Made by a program: the position numbers and the translations under genes
Assembly (NCBI RefSeq): GCF_001194135.2
Contig: NC_068985.1
Location: forward strand, 17,542,210-17,606,209
Length of the DNA stretch: 64,000 nucleotides
Direction of reading: 5' to 3'
DNA from: Octopus bimaculoides
Taxonomy: Eukaryota
The notes under the pieces: model-generated
Database searches by the model: none
Seen by the model: the letters and a program-made list of their open reading frames with translations, nothing else
Told to the model about the DNA's origin: nothing
Part shown: piece by piece, positions 26,582 to 39,773 of the stretch
Position numbering within the stretch: position 1 is the first letter of the stretch
Layout: every line of letters begins with the position of its first letter

Positions 26582-27139
26582 CAGTGGTTCTCAACAAGGG
26601 TTCATATGACATTTTGTAGTTAAAATTTATGTGTAATAAATTGCTTATGCTTCTACAATACTCAAAATATTCTAACTATTTTTTTTTTTATACAATTCCT
26701 AAAATTTAATTCTAGAAATATAATAGGATTTTCTTAAACATCAAATGGCTATGAGGGTCCAACTGAGTAAGTTAGGAATCAAGATGTCCATAGACAAAAC
26801 AGCAGAGAATTGTTGATTTAGAATAGTGGTTCTCAACCAGGGTCCATATAAGATTTTGAGGGGTCCACGCAACAAAATAGTAAATTGTGGACCCACAATA
26901 GTGTTTTGAGGGCCCCTGAAAAAATTTTGCTTTAGATATATGTATTGGTATGTATTGCAAGAAACAGCTAACATTTTACATAGTTTAACCTACACAAGTT
27001 AATGTGTGAAAAACAAAATAGGAATTTTGGAAGAAATATCTATAAAACTAGTTTTCAAACATTGAATGGTTATGGGGGTCCACCAGAATAAAATAGTAAT
27101 CAAAGGGGTCCATAGATAAAAAATACTTGAGAATCCCTG
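26582..27139. mobile_element. Two hAT MITEs in tandem (26582-26815 and 26824-27139)
   Basis: Both start (c/t)agtggttctcaac. The 8-mers gtttagag (26574), atttagaa (26816) and gtttagaa (27140) lie before, between and after them. Confidence 0.85.
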
Positions 27140-27826
27140 GTTTAGAAGATCAAATTGACCCCAGCATTTATCTCAAGTCTGGCATTTATTCTATTGGTCT
27201 CTTTTTGCCAGCCAAACTATTAAGATACAAAAACACAAATAAACCACCACCACACGGGCTTCTGTACAGTTTTCATCTACCAAAATCACTTACAAGGCAT
27301 CAGTCAGACACTTGCTCAAGATACCATGCATGCAGTGGGACTGAACTTGAAACCATTTAGTTGCCAAGTGAACTTCTTAACCGCACTGCTTGGTAAGAAA
27401 ATCTTTATTAAATGCATTGTTTAATTGTTGTTTAACTTATTTCTGGTCCACAGCTTTGCAAAAAGGGAAGCTGACTGACACAACAAACAACAACAAATAA
27501 GAAATTAAATGTCAATAAATATTTTATGCTTTTTATTTTCATTATAACTATGATCCAAAAATAGCTGAGTTGATAGGGTAGGAAACAACCAGTGAAAGAA
27601 ATAGTAGATCATTTCCTGTTATCAGTATTTCACAAGGTTGTTTGTTCATGGCCAATATACTTAATTAGCTCTCAAAAGCCCAGTCCACCTAGCTTCAAGT
27701 TGGTACCATATATGGTGTTGTAAGTTCACCGCTGTAAAAGCGTGACAGTATTTCATTGGCTTCAGTCACTAGAATTCAGTTCCTTCTGTGGACGCGGCCA
27801 AAGTGTTAAGCAACACTGGTCACATC

Positions 27827-27899
27827 TATATACCCAAGTCTATCTTGGCAATATATATACCCAAGTCTATCTTGGTTAGAGACTAAGATAGTCTCTAAC
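27827..27899. repeat. 22-bp direct duplication abutting an 11-bp-stem hairpin
   Basis: tatatacccaagtctatcttgg at 27827 and 27854; gttagagacta-aga-tagtctctaac at 27875-27899. Confidence 0.9.
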
Positions 27900-28520
27900 A
27901 CACAGACAAAAAAAAAAAAAAAGTAAAATAAACAGAAAGGATTGAAGACAATTTTTTATTTTTTAAATTCTTGTTCACAGGTGCCACATAAAAAACACCT
28001 AGTATACACTGTAAAGTAGCTGGCTTTAGACAGGGCATCCAGATGTAGAAACTATACCAGAACAAACTATGAAACTTGGTGCAGCTCCTGTCAAACCATC
28101 CAACCCATACCAGCATGGAAAGCAGACTTTAAATGATGGTGATGATGATGATGAAAAGCCATCATTATTAAATATTTTCAAAATTCCAAAAGTTTATGAA
28201 CTAGAAGTACACACAAAATTTATCTACTCAACTTATTAGATACTCTGAAGTAGTTATGGACAAACTGTGACCTGTGGGGCTTTCTGAATGGCATGCCTTT
28301 TAGTAGCTTATGTAATATGTCATGTCTGATGCAGTCCACTTCTTGGAAAAGGTTACCCATGCCTGCTCTAAAATATTTTGGTGAATCATTAAAAATAGTC
28401 CTCTTAGAATATGAAATGGAATGAAAACTATTATATTAGTTTTTGTTTTTCTTTCATTATTATGGTTAATGTAGATATCAACCAGGGACATTTGAATTTT
28501 AATTCTCTTCAAATAGCTTA

Positions 28521-28695
28521 GTGATTAACGTTCCATACTACTACTACTACTATGACTACTACTACTACTATGACTACTACTACTACTATTACTACTACTA
28601 CTACTACTATGACTACTACTACTACTACTACTGCTACTACCACCACCACCACCACCACCAAAACTACTATGACTACTACCGGCACCACTGCTGAT
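28521..28695 (+). repeat. (CTA)n/(CCA)n compound microsatellite with conserved flanks; module recurs at 29536 and 30711
   Basis: gtgattaa(c/t)g(t/c)tccata-(cta/cca/caa)n-ccactgctga is present three times. It explains the poly-Thr and poly-Val ORFs. Confidence 0.85.
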
Positions 28696-29200
28696 GCTTC
28701 ACAACTTTCTATGTGTTATTCTTCATACATAGAACAATAGGGTTGGATCTTATCAAGATCAGGTCAGTATGGTTGTATACTTCATCTGTGGTTATTTTCA
28801 GACTCATGTCAGTCTAGAATTGGTCTGAGGTACTTTAGATCACACAGTTGAAGTCTTCTTTATGATAAAAACAAACGAAGCAAAGAAGAAGAACTCGTTT
28901 AAACTTACACAATGTAACTTATGTTTCAATGAATTTTACACAGAATTTGTTTTTAAATTTACAATTTAATCAGGTAGGTGGAGAAAGGAAAAAATACAAG
29001 TGACGGGTTACTACAGTAGGAAACTGCAGATAAAGATAACAAATTATTCAATGCTTCCAGTAGAGTAAGTTCTGCTAAAGGCACCGAAGGTCAGATATTA
29101 AATAAATTAAATCTAACACCAAAGAACAGGTACATATCAACCAATAACAGGGTTCCACATTTCATGCTTAGCTAATTTCAGTCTTATCACATGGCCCAAT

Positions 29201-29520
29201 CCTTGTTGTGAAGTGGTGGCTTGCATGCCTGAATGACCATGAGAGTTATGCCATCAGAGCCAAGCACCTGGTACAGCTTCCTATGTTGGACAGGTCAAAG
29301 GATAGAGGCCAGACTAATATGCCTCGATTCCCAGAGATAAAAATGGGTCTGCATAAAAACAACACCCTCAACCTAGAAAAAAAAGTGAAGTTACAAAAAC
29401 ATCGATGACAATTCAAATCTAACAAGTCCTGGGAGTGGGAGGACAATCCAGAGTCAAGAACAGGGAGAAAAGTCATTGGTGGTCTATGTTCCATAGGGAA
29501 CAAAAGGCTTAAGCAAGTAA
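29201..29520 (+). mobile_element. Non-autonomous RTE derivative (5' UTR-like part fused to 3' end)
   Basis: The start ccttgttgtgaagtggtggcttgcatgcctgaatgaccatgagagttatgcc...ggacaggtcaaaggatagaggccagac resembles RTE 5' UTRs as I recall them. The end ttggtggtctatgttccatagggaacaaaaggcttaagcaagtaa resembles RTE 3' termini with a (TAAG)-type tail. Confidence 0.6.
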
Positions 29521-29639
29521 CTTCACTCACAAAACTTGGGTGATTAATGCTCCATATCACCACCACCACCAACAACAACAACAACACTAAAACTACTATG
29601 ACTACTACTACCACCACCACTGCTGAACTGAAATTGAAA

Positions 29640-29930
29640 GACGCTCAGAGACACACACTATCGCTTGAGCCACAGGTATGCTTATTTCACCCCACTCTCT
29701 CTCTTTCTTTCTCCATCTTTTCTTTTATTACTATGATGTCCTCTGTTCATTGGAGCTGGCTGGTCTTGTATCTCCTCCACCCAGGCATTCTTTCCTCACT
29801 CATCTCTCCACCTCATGTCACCCATATTGTATCCAACTCCACAGGTTCCATACTAATCATTACACCCAGTCCTTTTTGTCTCCAGAATGTTGACCCTCAA
29901 GGTCAACGGGTCACCAACTAAGGAGGGTAC
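29640..29930 (+). mobile_element. CR1/L2-like LINE 3' fragment
   Basis: Translation LFFYYYDVLCSLELAGLVSPP...HPYCIQLHRFHTNHYTQSF fits the pattern FYrYy.G.CS.EL..lvP...HPy.v......T..y..SF. Confidence 0.55.
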
Positions 29931-30919
29931 ACTAAAACCCACATATCAGCATCATGTCATAGTAAGCAGAGACAACAAGAAGACCTTTCACTTAGAATAT
30001 CTGTTAGCTATCTGTTGTCTAATGATTTATAAGCTCGCAAGAAAATATACTTCAGCAAAAGATATATTGGACTGAATACGACAAAAATAATTAGTCATAA
30101 TCAGAAGCAAAAAGTAATCAGAAACAGACTAGAGCTTGTCATCAACAACAACAAAAAAAAAAAAGATCCTTTCAACTCAGCATAAAAAATATAGTAGAAA
30201 AAAGATTGGCTAACAAATTCAATGAAACCTATTTCTTTCTTTCAATAACTGAAAACATTGATGTTTGAAAATGTATACTATCTGAAAGAAACACTGTGTG
30301 AACTAGGCTTGATTCTTGATATTAACAATCTCACTTTACTACAATACTTTTGGGATACATACATACATCACAAATCTAAAGCAACACCCTCAAGGCAATA
30401 GTCCTTTCTAATCTTGGCAAAGGGCCAGCAATTTCGAGGGGAGGAGTAAGTCAAATACATTGACACCAATGTTCAACTGGTACTTATTTTTTTTGATCCT
30501 AAGAGATGAAAAACAAAATTGACTTCAGCAGCATTCGAACTCAGAACATAAAGAGCCAGATGAGGTGCCACAATGCATTTTATCCAGCATGGCAACAATT
30601 CTGCCAACTCAATGCCTCTCTGAAGGCAATAATATTGATTTCCTGTCGATGGATATTTCTAATTACAAAACTGGTTTTTACTAATATAATTACTTACACT
30701 ATACAATCACTTGGGTGATTAATGCTCCATACTACTACTACTACTACTACTACACCACCACTGCTGAGCTGAAATTGAAAGACACCCTTGCGTAGCCCTT
30801 AAAAGAAATTATATGTTTCAAGGAACCCCTGCACAAAAAAATATATACATATCTTTCTCATATTTTTTCATTGTAGTTCACATGGGAAAATATCATGCAT
30901 GCATGTATGTATGTATGTA

Positions 30920-30974
<55 letters not shown>

Positions 30975-31911
30975 TTGTTATATTTTTATAACATAACAGG
31001 TTAGATAGGAATGATGTCAATATTACAATAACCAATATGTTGTGCTTGTATAGTAATATTACGATCATGAAATTACCATTAGCTTATCTCACTCTTTCTT
31101 GCAGAATCCCTAGGAACCTTTTGCAGAAACCTAGGGTTCCAGGAAACCCCGGTTGAGAAACGCTGGTTTAGACAAATAGCACAAGATGAAGGTTCAATGT
31201 GTAGACAGACACACACACATTAGATTTGAACAACTGTAAATTTTATTAGCTTATATTTTAATAGAGTCCACTTGAAACAAAATATGAATTAAAGGTCTTT
31301 TTGATCAACATAACATTTGGATGAAACTAATATAGAATATTAATAAAATTTTTATATTTTGATTAGCACAAGAGCAACATATAGGTGGAAGTGGTTAGTC
31401 AATTGATTCTATACTTGGATTAATATGGATTACTATTTTATCAACTCTAGAGACATGTAAGGAAAAGTTAATTCCAGCTAGATTTGAACAAAGAACAGCA
31501 GAGAGGCACAGAACATAATACCATAATGCCTACAGCACTATCAACTGCACTAACTCCACTGCCCTATTAATACACTTTCAGAACATTACTGAAAGAAGTG
31601 TCATAAGATATGACTGTTGAAGGATAAGAACAACTGAAATAAAGAGTTATCAGTAAGTATACAAAGCAGCAGCAGCAGCAGTTTTGCTTTGAATGAAATA
31701 ATTTTGAGATGATGTGAACTGCTTGAGGATTCTTTATTACAAGATTTGCTCTAACAGGTTCAGCCATATTGTTGAACTGTAAAAATATATTACAAATCTA
31801 CTTTGTCTTCTCAGCCACAAATGAAATAATGTGTCATCATCATCACCATCATTCCGACATCAACTTTTCTATGCTTGCATGGGTCAGATGAAATTTGTTG
31901 GGGCACATTGT

Positions 31912-31987
<76 letters not shown>

Positions 31988-33450
31988 ATCACCACCACCA
32001 CCACCGTCATCATCATTATCATATGCACACTTCATCATCATCATCATCATATGCTGGCATATCTCAAATGGTTTGGTTGGATCCAACAAACCAGAGGACT
32101 GCAGCATACTCTGGTGTCTCAGTTTTAGTATGATTTCTATGACTGGCATCCCTTCTTAATGCCAACAACTTTACAGAGTGTACTGGGTGCACTGTTTGTG
32201 GCACAAGCATTAGTGAGGTTGCCTTGCAACTTACTGTATGCCCAAGATTCCAGGATTCCAGCTGTGTGCCCCAGATTCCAGGACCAATCCCACTATACAG
32301 TATCTTGGGCAAATATTTTTTATAGCTTCAAGTCAATCCATAGCATGTGGGTGAAATAAAAGATGGAAACTGTATAGATAGTGTTCAGATGGATTGGACA
32401 TGCAACAGGAAAGTGCAGCCTTGTCACACTGTGTCATGCTGATTCCACCCAAGAATTACGTCAATGGTACACGTTTATGGAATACTCAGCCACTTGCATG
32501 GTTATAGAAAATTTTGCCATAAGAAATTTCCTTTTAAATTTACCTCATCACATTTTTTAACACCTGATGTTGAATAAAGACTTGCTTATTTAATGCTTTT
32601 ATAAAACCTTTTATCATATATTTAATTATTATTACTTTACAAAATACGCTTTAATCATTGTCCATATGGGAATTTTCCTATATGGCAAAATTTCAGGTCA
32701 CACATTTGTACATTAATTCAGGAGGAAGTAAATCAGTTGACCAAAGAATTGAATTCTCATTGTCAAGCAACAGAGATAGACCAACAAAATTTTTTTCTTT
32801 TAGATCCCGTTTTGGAGCATTGAGAAAATTAAAAATAAGTCTGTTTAAGACAATGCTCAAATGTAAAGGTAGCTATAAATAGTAGTTCATAATTTATGAG
32901 GTAAAAACCAGTTACACAGAAATAAAATGGACAAAAATCACCAATATTTAATGTGTATACATGACTACCTTTCATAACACTACCTGCAGATCATAGCAGG
33001 ATGAAGTAAGTGTTGGCCACATCATCAATATAATTCAGATCTATGATTTTGTTCTGGAGAAATTCACCTACGCACACATGGAAAAGTGGACGATAAAATG
33101 ATGATGATCATCATCATGTAGTTCAATAGGATGGGAGATAAAATGCATCCCTGACATACACTGCTACATATTTCAAAGAAATCACTCTTCTCATTGTAAA
33201 CCCTGATCTTGGTGTGCACATGGAATTGGAAAACAGCTGTGAAGTCAATGAAAGTACTTGTCAGATGCTAGTAGGCATATCTTTGCTCAAAGAGTCATCA
33301 GTGCATAAAATACTAGCATGTGCATACTTTACCCAGGCAGAATACACACTGGGTTGGTCTGGTGCAGTAATGACATACTATTTTGAAACAAACAATTAAG
33401 AAGAATCACTGCAAAAATGTTGATAGCAATGTCAGATTGATCCTCTAGTG

Positions 33451-33770
33451 TAGTGTTTCTAAACTGGGGTTCATTTGGCCCCTGAGAGTCCACATCAGAT
33501 TCTGGGGGGTCCACACAACTAAATAGTAAATTGGGGATCTACAATAGTGTTTTTAAGGGCCACGGGAAAAAATTTTGCTTTAGACATAGGTATTGGTATG
33601 TATTGCAAGAAACAGCTTGATTTCTTTCTCTAACATTTTACATAGTGAAAACATTAATAAATAACATTCTATAAAGCTAGTTTTTAAACACTGAATGGCT
33701 ACAGGGTCCACCATAATAAAATAGCAATTAAAGCGGGTCCATAGATAAAAAAAATGGTTGAGAATTCCTG
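33451..33770. mobile_element. hAT MITE inserted in a decayed CR1-like fragment
   Basis: Ends tagtgtttctaaac / ggttgagaattcctg. TSD ctctagtg (33443) / ctctagag (33771). The upstream translation PDLGVHME...AEYTLGWS resembles CR1 DLGV...LEY...W. Confidence 0.8.
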
Positions 33771-34184
33771 CTCTAGAGGTACTACAATCCATAGAATTGC
33801 CTTTTTTGATAGTGCAACAACATACTTCTCATTTTGTGTAAATATTTCAGTCTATGAGACTTTCAGGGTGATTTTGTGTCATCAATTTGTGAGAAGATCA
33901 TAGCAGGGCTTGAAGAGTTCAGCTAGAAGACAGTTTTCTGCTGAAGCAACATGCATACACATGTATGTATATGACAAATTATAATTATGATACATAGATA
34001 ACACATTATATACATGGTTATCTATAACATATATAATGTAGATATATATATAAGATATTTACATTCTTACATAAACATACATACACTTATATATGTATGT
34101 GTATTATGCGTATATGTTTATACATACACACACGTATATATGGGGACAAACACACATGTATAAGTGTGTGTATGTGTATGTATG

Positions 34185-34207
34185 CAGATATATATATATA
34201 TATATAT

Positions 34208-34293
<86 letters not shown>

Positions 34294-34325
34294 TGATAGA
34301 TAGACAGCTACATAGATAGATATAC
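34185..34325. repeat. (TA)n followed by long (GATA)n microsatellite; another (GATA)n at about 53005-53042
   Basis: Read directly from the sequence; source of the YLSI-repeat ORFs. Confidence 0.95.
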
Positions 34326-35625
34326 ATATTACATATATTACACACACCAAACACACATTCAAACATGCACACACGCACATATACATAAATTAATAAACAT
34401 GCATTAATATAAATTAGTATATGAGCAGAAATTTCAGTGAAATTTAACTCTTTCAGTGAAATGTCTTAATTGAATGACCTAAATCCCTACTGCTGACTAT
34501 TTCCAATTAGTTTTTCATTAAAAGAAAACAGTTTTGTTCACAAGATGTCTTCTATGACTGACAAAATGCTACTCTGTCTATGCATGTACACCTTCAGTAG
34601 CCAGATGTTATAAATTAGGACTGACATGAACAGTGAATGGTAAGTAGAAGCGAAATGGGGAACAGTAACTTTCATGAAACAGATATTATTAAGATGCCAG
34701 CAATCTTTTATGCTATTAAGAAGCTTATTTAGCCAACCACTGGCTGACAACTGTTTTGGGGTGTTTTTTGAAAAATATTTATTCATCTCTGTTAAGCTTC
34801 TTTCTGTCTATAAAATTAGGTACAGATAAAAATCATACACCCTTCTATTCTAACTTGTTTTCAGAATGAAATACAGTAACAAACACATACACATTATACA
34901 TATATAAACATGTAATAAGATATAATATATATATATATATATATACATACATACATGCACACATATATATAGAGACAGACAGACAGATATAGACAGACAA
35001 ATGGAGATGCACACACATATATGTATATATACATACACACACAGATGTGTGTATGTATGTGAGTATTGTTCTTTTAATGTTCATTTCTTCCATGTCAGCA
35101 AGGGCTGGACAAGGAAGTATTGAGGCAGGATTTTATAACCAGATGCTCTTTCTGTCTTTGAAAGTACAGAGTGCCAGCTTTATAATGCCAACAAGGAAAA
35201 TAACAAATCACCATTTTTCTTGAGTCAACATTTATGCACATTTACACACACACACACACGTATATATATATATATATATNNNNNNNNNNNNNNNNNNNNN
35301 NNNNNNNNNNNNNNNNNNNNNNNNNNNNNNNNNNNNNNNNNNNNNNNNNNNNNNNNNNNNNNNNNNNNNNNNNNNNNNNNNNNNNNNNNNNNNNNNNNNN
35401 NNNNNNNNNNNNNNNNNNNNNNNNNNNNNNNNNNNNNNNNNNNNNNNNNNNNNNNNNNNNNNNNNNNNNNNNNNNNNNNNNNNNNNNNNNNNNNNNNNNN
35501 NNNNNNNNNNNNNNNNNNNNNNNNNNNNNNNNNNNNNNNNNNNNNNNNNNNNNNNNNNNNNNNNNNNNNNNNNNNNNNNNNNNNNNNNNNNNNNNNNNNN
35601 NNNNNNNNNNNNNNNNNNNNNNNNN

Positions 35626-35657
<32 letters not shown>

Positions 35658-35879
35658 TATGTCTGTGGAAACAGGTCTGGTCACGGGGAAATATCATCTT
35701 ACTTGGAAACAGGCGAAGGTTGGGGACAGGAAGGGCATCCAGCCATAGAAAATCTACCTCAGCAAATTACATCTGATCCAAGTGAGCATGGAAAAGTGAA
35801 TGTTAAAATAATGATAATGAGGAAAATGATATATATACACATGCACATGTATATGTTATATACACACTCACATGTACAG

Positions 35880-37540
35880 CTGATGCCATCTTCCAAGTGA
35901 AACAAATGGGGAAGTATTTAGCCAAGAATAATCCACTTATACCTGGTATTTGTTGATCTAGAAAAGGCTTTTAACAGTGTTCTATGTTCAGTAATGTGGT
36001 GGTCTCTAAGGAAGCTAGTGGTAGATGAATAGCCTGTGAGAATACATAAGCTGATTGTACAGAAGTATAGTCAGCAAGGTGAGTCACCAATGAGTTTAGT
36101 AACAAATTTCATGTTAAGGTAGGAGTCTGTAAAATCCTTCCCTGTGTCCTCAGCCCCCATTCGTTCATTATAGTCCCCCAAGCTATAACAAAGTTGTTTA
36201 AAACTGGCTGTCTGTGAGAACTCCTATATGCTGATGACCTAGTTATTATAGTTGCATCTGTTGTATATTTAGAGAAGAATTTCAGACGTGGAAGCAAAAC
36301 CTAAGCTAAAACCAAGAGGCCTCAAAGTAAATTTAGTAAAGATTAAAGTATTAGTAAGTAGGAGAGAAGACAGGGCTCTGTTACCATCAGGAAAATAACC
36401 ATGCTCAATATAGAGAACTCCGTATGGTACACCCAGTGTCAACACACTGTAGACACACAAGGGCTGTATTGGAATCAGNNNNNNNNNNNNNNNNNNNNNN
36501 NNNNNNNNNNNNNNNNNNNNNNNNNNNNNNNNNNNNNNNNNNNNNNNNNNNNNNNNNNNNNNNNNNNNNNNNNNNNNNNNNNNNNNNNNNNNNNNNNNNN
36601 NNNNNNNNNNNNNNNNNNNNNNNNNNNNNNNNNNNNNNNNNNNNNNNNNNNNNNNNNNNNNNNNNNNNNNNNNNNNNNNNNNNNNNNNNNNNNNNNNNNN
36701 NNNNNNNNNNNNNNNNNNNNNNNNNNCAGGGCTCTGTTACCATCAGGAAAATAACCATGCTCAATATAGAGAACTCCGAACTCAATATAGAGAACTCCGT
36801 ACACCCAGTGTCAACACACTGTAGACACACAAGGGCTGTATTGGAATCAGTGACAGTCTACCAGAGAGGATAGACTTCATATGTGACAGGTGCACAGAGC
36901 AATAAACACAAAGAGTATGCAAGAAACATATTCTCTCAAATGCCTGGGCAGCTCCCTAAAAATAGTTGATAGAATCTGTTACCTAAGTAACATTACTATC
37001 AGGGAGTGGGTGTTCTGAGAGCATAATAGCCCATGGAAGAATACTTTGAGAAAAGTTCAGGGATGCATTACCTCTTCTAGCAACAATGGGCTTCTCTCTC
37101 AGTGTGAAAAGCATTGTTTGATGTCTGTGTACAAAGTGCAATGCTGCATAGTATTTAGATGTGGGGCTTGAATGCAGAGAATTTGCGAAAACCAGAAAGA
37201 AACAAAGTGAACATATTTTGCTGGATGTGTGACATCAGTGTGCATAGACTATGGAGTACAAATGAGATGAGAGGAAACTGAATAAAAGATGAATCAGATG
37301 AAGTGTACAAGAGAGAAATCTGCATTGTTATGGGCATTTGATATGTATGGATGATGACAACTATATAAAGAAGTGCCAAGTGCACAAATTGAATAGACGG
37401 AGGAGTTGGGACTAAATGGTAAAGACAGATGTGAAGATATTTCATCTAGTGTAGGAGATGATGAAGGACCATGACAATTGGTAACACTAGTGCTGGAGAG
37501 GCCTCAACCAATTATGCAAGCATGGCAAATGAAAAGAAAT
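35880..37540 (+). mobile_element. Decayed RTE-clade LINE (RT and 3' region)
   Basis: Frame-broken translations YLVFVDLEKAFNSV, ELLYADDLVII, GLKVNLVKIKVLV, LPSGK*PCSI, KFRDALPLLATMGFSLSVK. Confidence 0.85.
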
Positions 37541-37832
37541 TAAAAGAAGTACTGCACAGTAGTAGGTTAAACAGAAATGAATGGTAAAGTTTCAATATAA
37601 ATAGCAATAGGCTGACAGAAAGTGGACAGAAAGTGGGTAATTGATCACTGTGAGGCATTATTAAACATTGAACTTAGTAAGAAAGACCAACTTTTCTTGG
37701 CAAGAGAGAAAGCCTTCGGTTTACCCATAAGGCCTACTTTTTACAGCAAGTTCTAAAATACAGGTTTCATATGAATACATACTTCTAAGTTTAACTTACA
37801 TTTTTACTTCTTGATCTCCCTCTTTTCTCTCA

Positions 37833-37888
<56 letters not shown>

Positions 37889-39058
37889 NNNNNNNNNNNN
37901 NNNNNNNNNNNNNNNNNNNNNNNNNNNNNNNNNNNNNNNNNNNNNNNNNNNNNNNNNNNNNNNNNNNNNNNNNNNNNNNNNNNNNNNNNNNNNNNNNNNN
38001 NNNNNNNNNNNNNNNNNNNNNNNNNNNNNNNNNNNNNNNNNNNNNNNNNNNNNNNNNNNNNNNNNNNNNNNNNNNNNNNNNNNNNNNNNNNNNNNNNNNN
38101 NNNNNNNNNNNNNNNNNNNNNNNNNNNNNNNNNNNNNNNNNNNNNNNNNNNNNNNNNNNNNNNNNNNNNNNNNNNNNNNNNNNNTTTTTCATTATGAAAT
38201 TTTTCGTTATTTTTTCATTATGAGGTTTTTTTCACGCTGACTACTTGATAAATTCTTATAAAGAATTTATCCTATATTATATTATATACATATATATATA
38301 TATCCTTGTGAATAGATTTGGTAGATGGAAACTGAAAGAAACCAGTTGTACACACATACACACACATAAAGAGATATCTCTGATTCATGGAAATATTGCA
38401 TCCCTGAAAATTTTGCTGTACTACAAAACCCATTTTCTATTGACTTCCATGTTACATAGAAATCAATGTAAAAAAGGTTTCATGCTACAGAATTTCACAT
38501 TGTGGCAAGACTTACCAAAATGCAGTGCTTCTGTAATATGGGAGGCCGGGTAGTTATACATATACTATAATTAATAGTGTACTGTTCCATTGTAGATAGG
38601 ATCAACAAAAGTACTCCATCCAAGAAGAGATAAGTATTATTTAATAATATGGAATAATATAATAATATTTAATAACATAAAATAACATAATTAATATACT
38701 TTGGTATATGCAGGTGGTGAATGTGTGTGTGTGTGTATGTGTGTGTGCATGTGCACATGTGTATATGTATTATAAATACATTATATATATTATCATATAT
38801 GTATGTGTGTTTCAACACCATCATTTTAATGCCTGTTACTTCATGATGACATGGGTTTTACCCATCATCACAACTTGCATCAGCTCTTATCCAGGGTTAC
38901 TGCTCTACCAGACAGCTAATCTGCAATGCAATTCGTAAAGCGCATATCTTGCTGATAAATTCTGTTTTTGGCATGGTTTCTAAGGTTAGAAACCATCCTA
39001 TCTCTAACCATTCATACCACTGGGTATATTTTATTAGAGAAATTGCCCCATAATACTT

Positions 39059-39094
<36 letters not shown>

Positions 39095-39736
39095 ACTTAT
39101 AATAATTTTGTGCTAAGTGTAAATTGACACCAGCTATATAATACACAAAAGTTTACAAATAGAAAATTGTGGCTGAGTTCAATTATATTCATACAATAGA
39201 AAAGTCGTCTAAGGGTGGGACATAGTACACAGCTGACACCATTATGACTTATTAATTTACACCAGAGAAACCAATCTGTTCGCTAGAATTGTGTGGTAAA
39301 AGTATTTCATTTTTTTAACTATAGGCATTATATATTCATAGATATTGTAATAACTCTCAATTATATCATATACGGTACGTTGTTATGATTATTATTATTA
39401 TTATTATTTGATAAAAACTCTCAGCTTATTTTGCTGGGTATAATGGAAAGTGTTAGCTGCCCACAGCCAGCAGATTAAGGTGACACTTGTTTACTGATCA
39501 TGCTTCAAAAATCCTGTGGAGAACTCTTGCAGTTGTTCAATGATTTTTGTAGGTGTTCTAGTATTGCTATAGTTGTTGTTGTTATTGTTATTATTATTAT
39601 TAGTCGACTTTGCTTTTCATCCTTTCAGGGTCAATAAATTAAGTACTAGTGAAACACTGGGGTNNNNNNNNNNGGTCAATGTAATCAACTAGTTCCCTCC
39701 CCCAAAATTTCAAGCCTTGTGCCTATGGTAGAAAGG

Positions 39737-39773
<37 letters not shown>

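Noticed and set aside
28552-28740. Poly-Thr, poly-Val, YI-, YLSI-, RE- and HT-repeat ORFs here and throughout the track
   Set aside because: Translations of (CTA)n, (TA)n, (GATA)n, (GA)n and (CA)n microsatellites.
36371-36850. Duplication of about 110 bp on both sides of the N gap at 36479-36726
   Set aside because: Typical of unmerged overlapping contig ends or alleles. The copies differ only by a small internal duplication, so this is most likely an assembly artefact.
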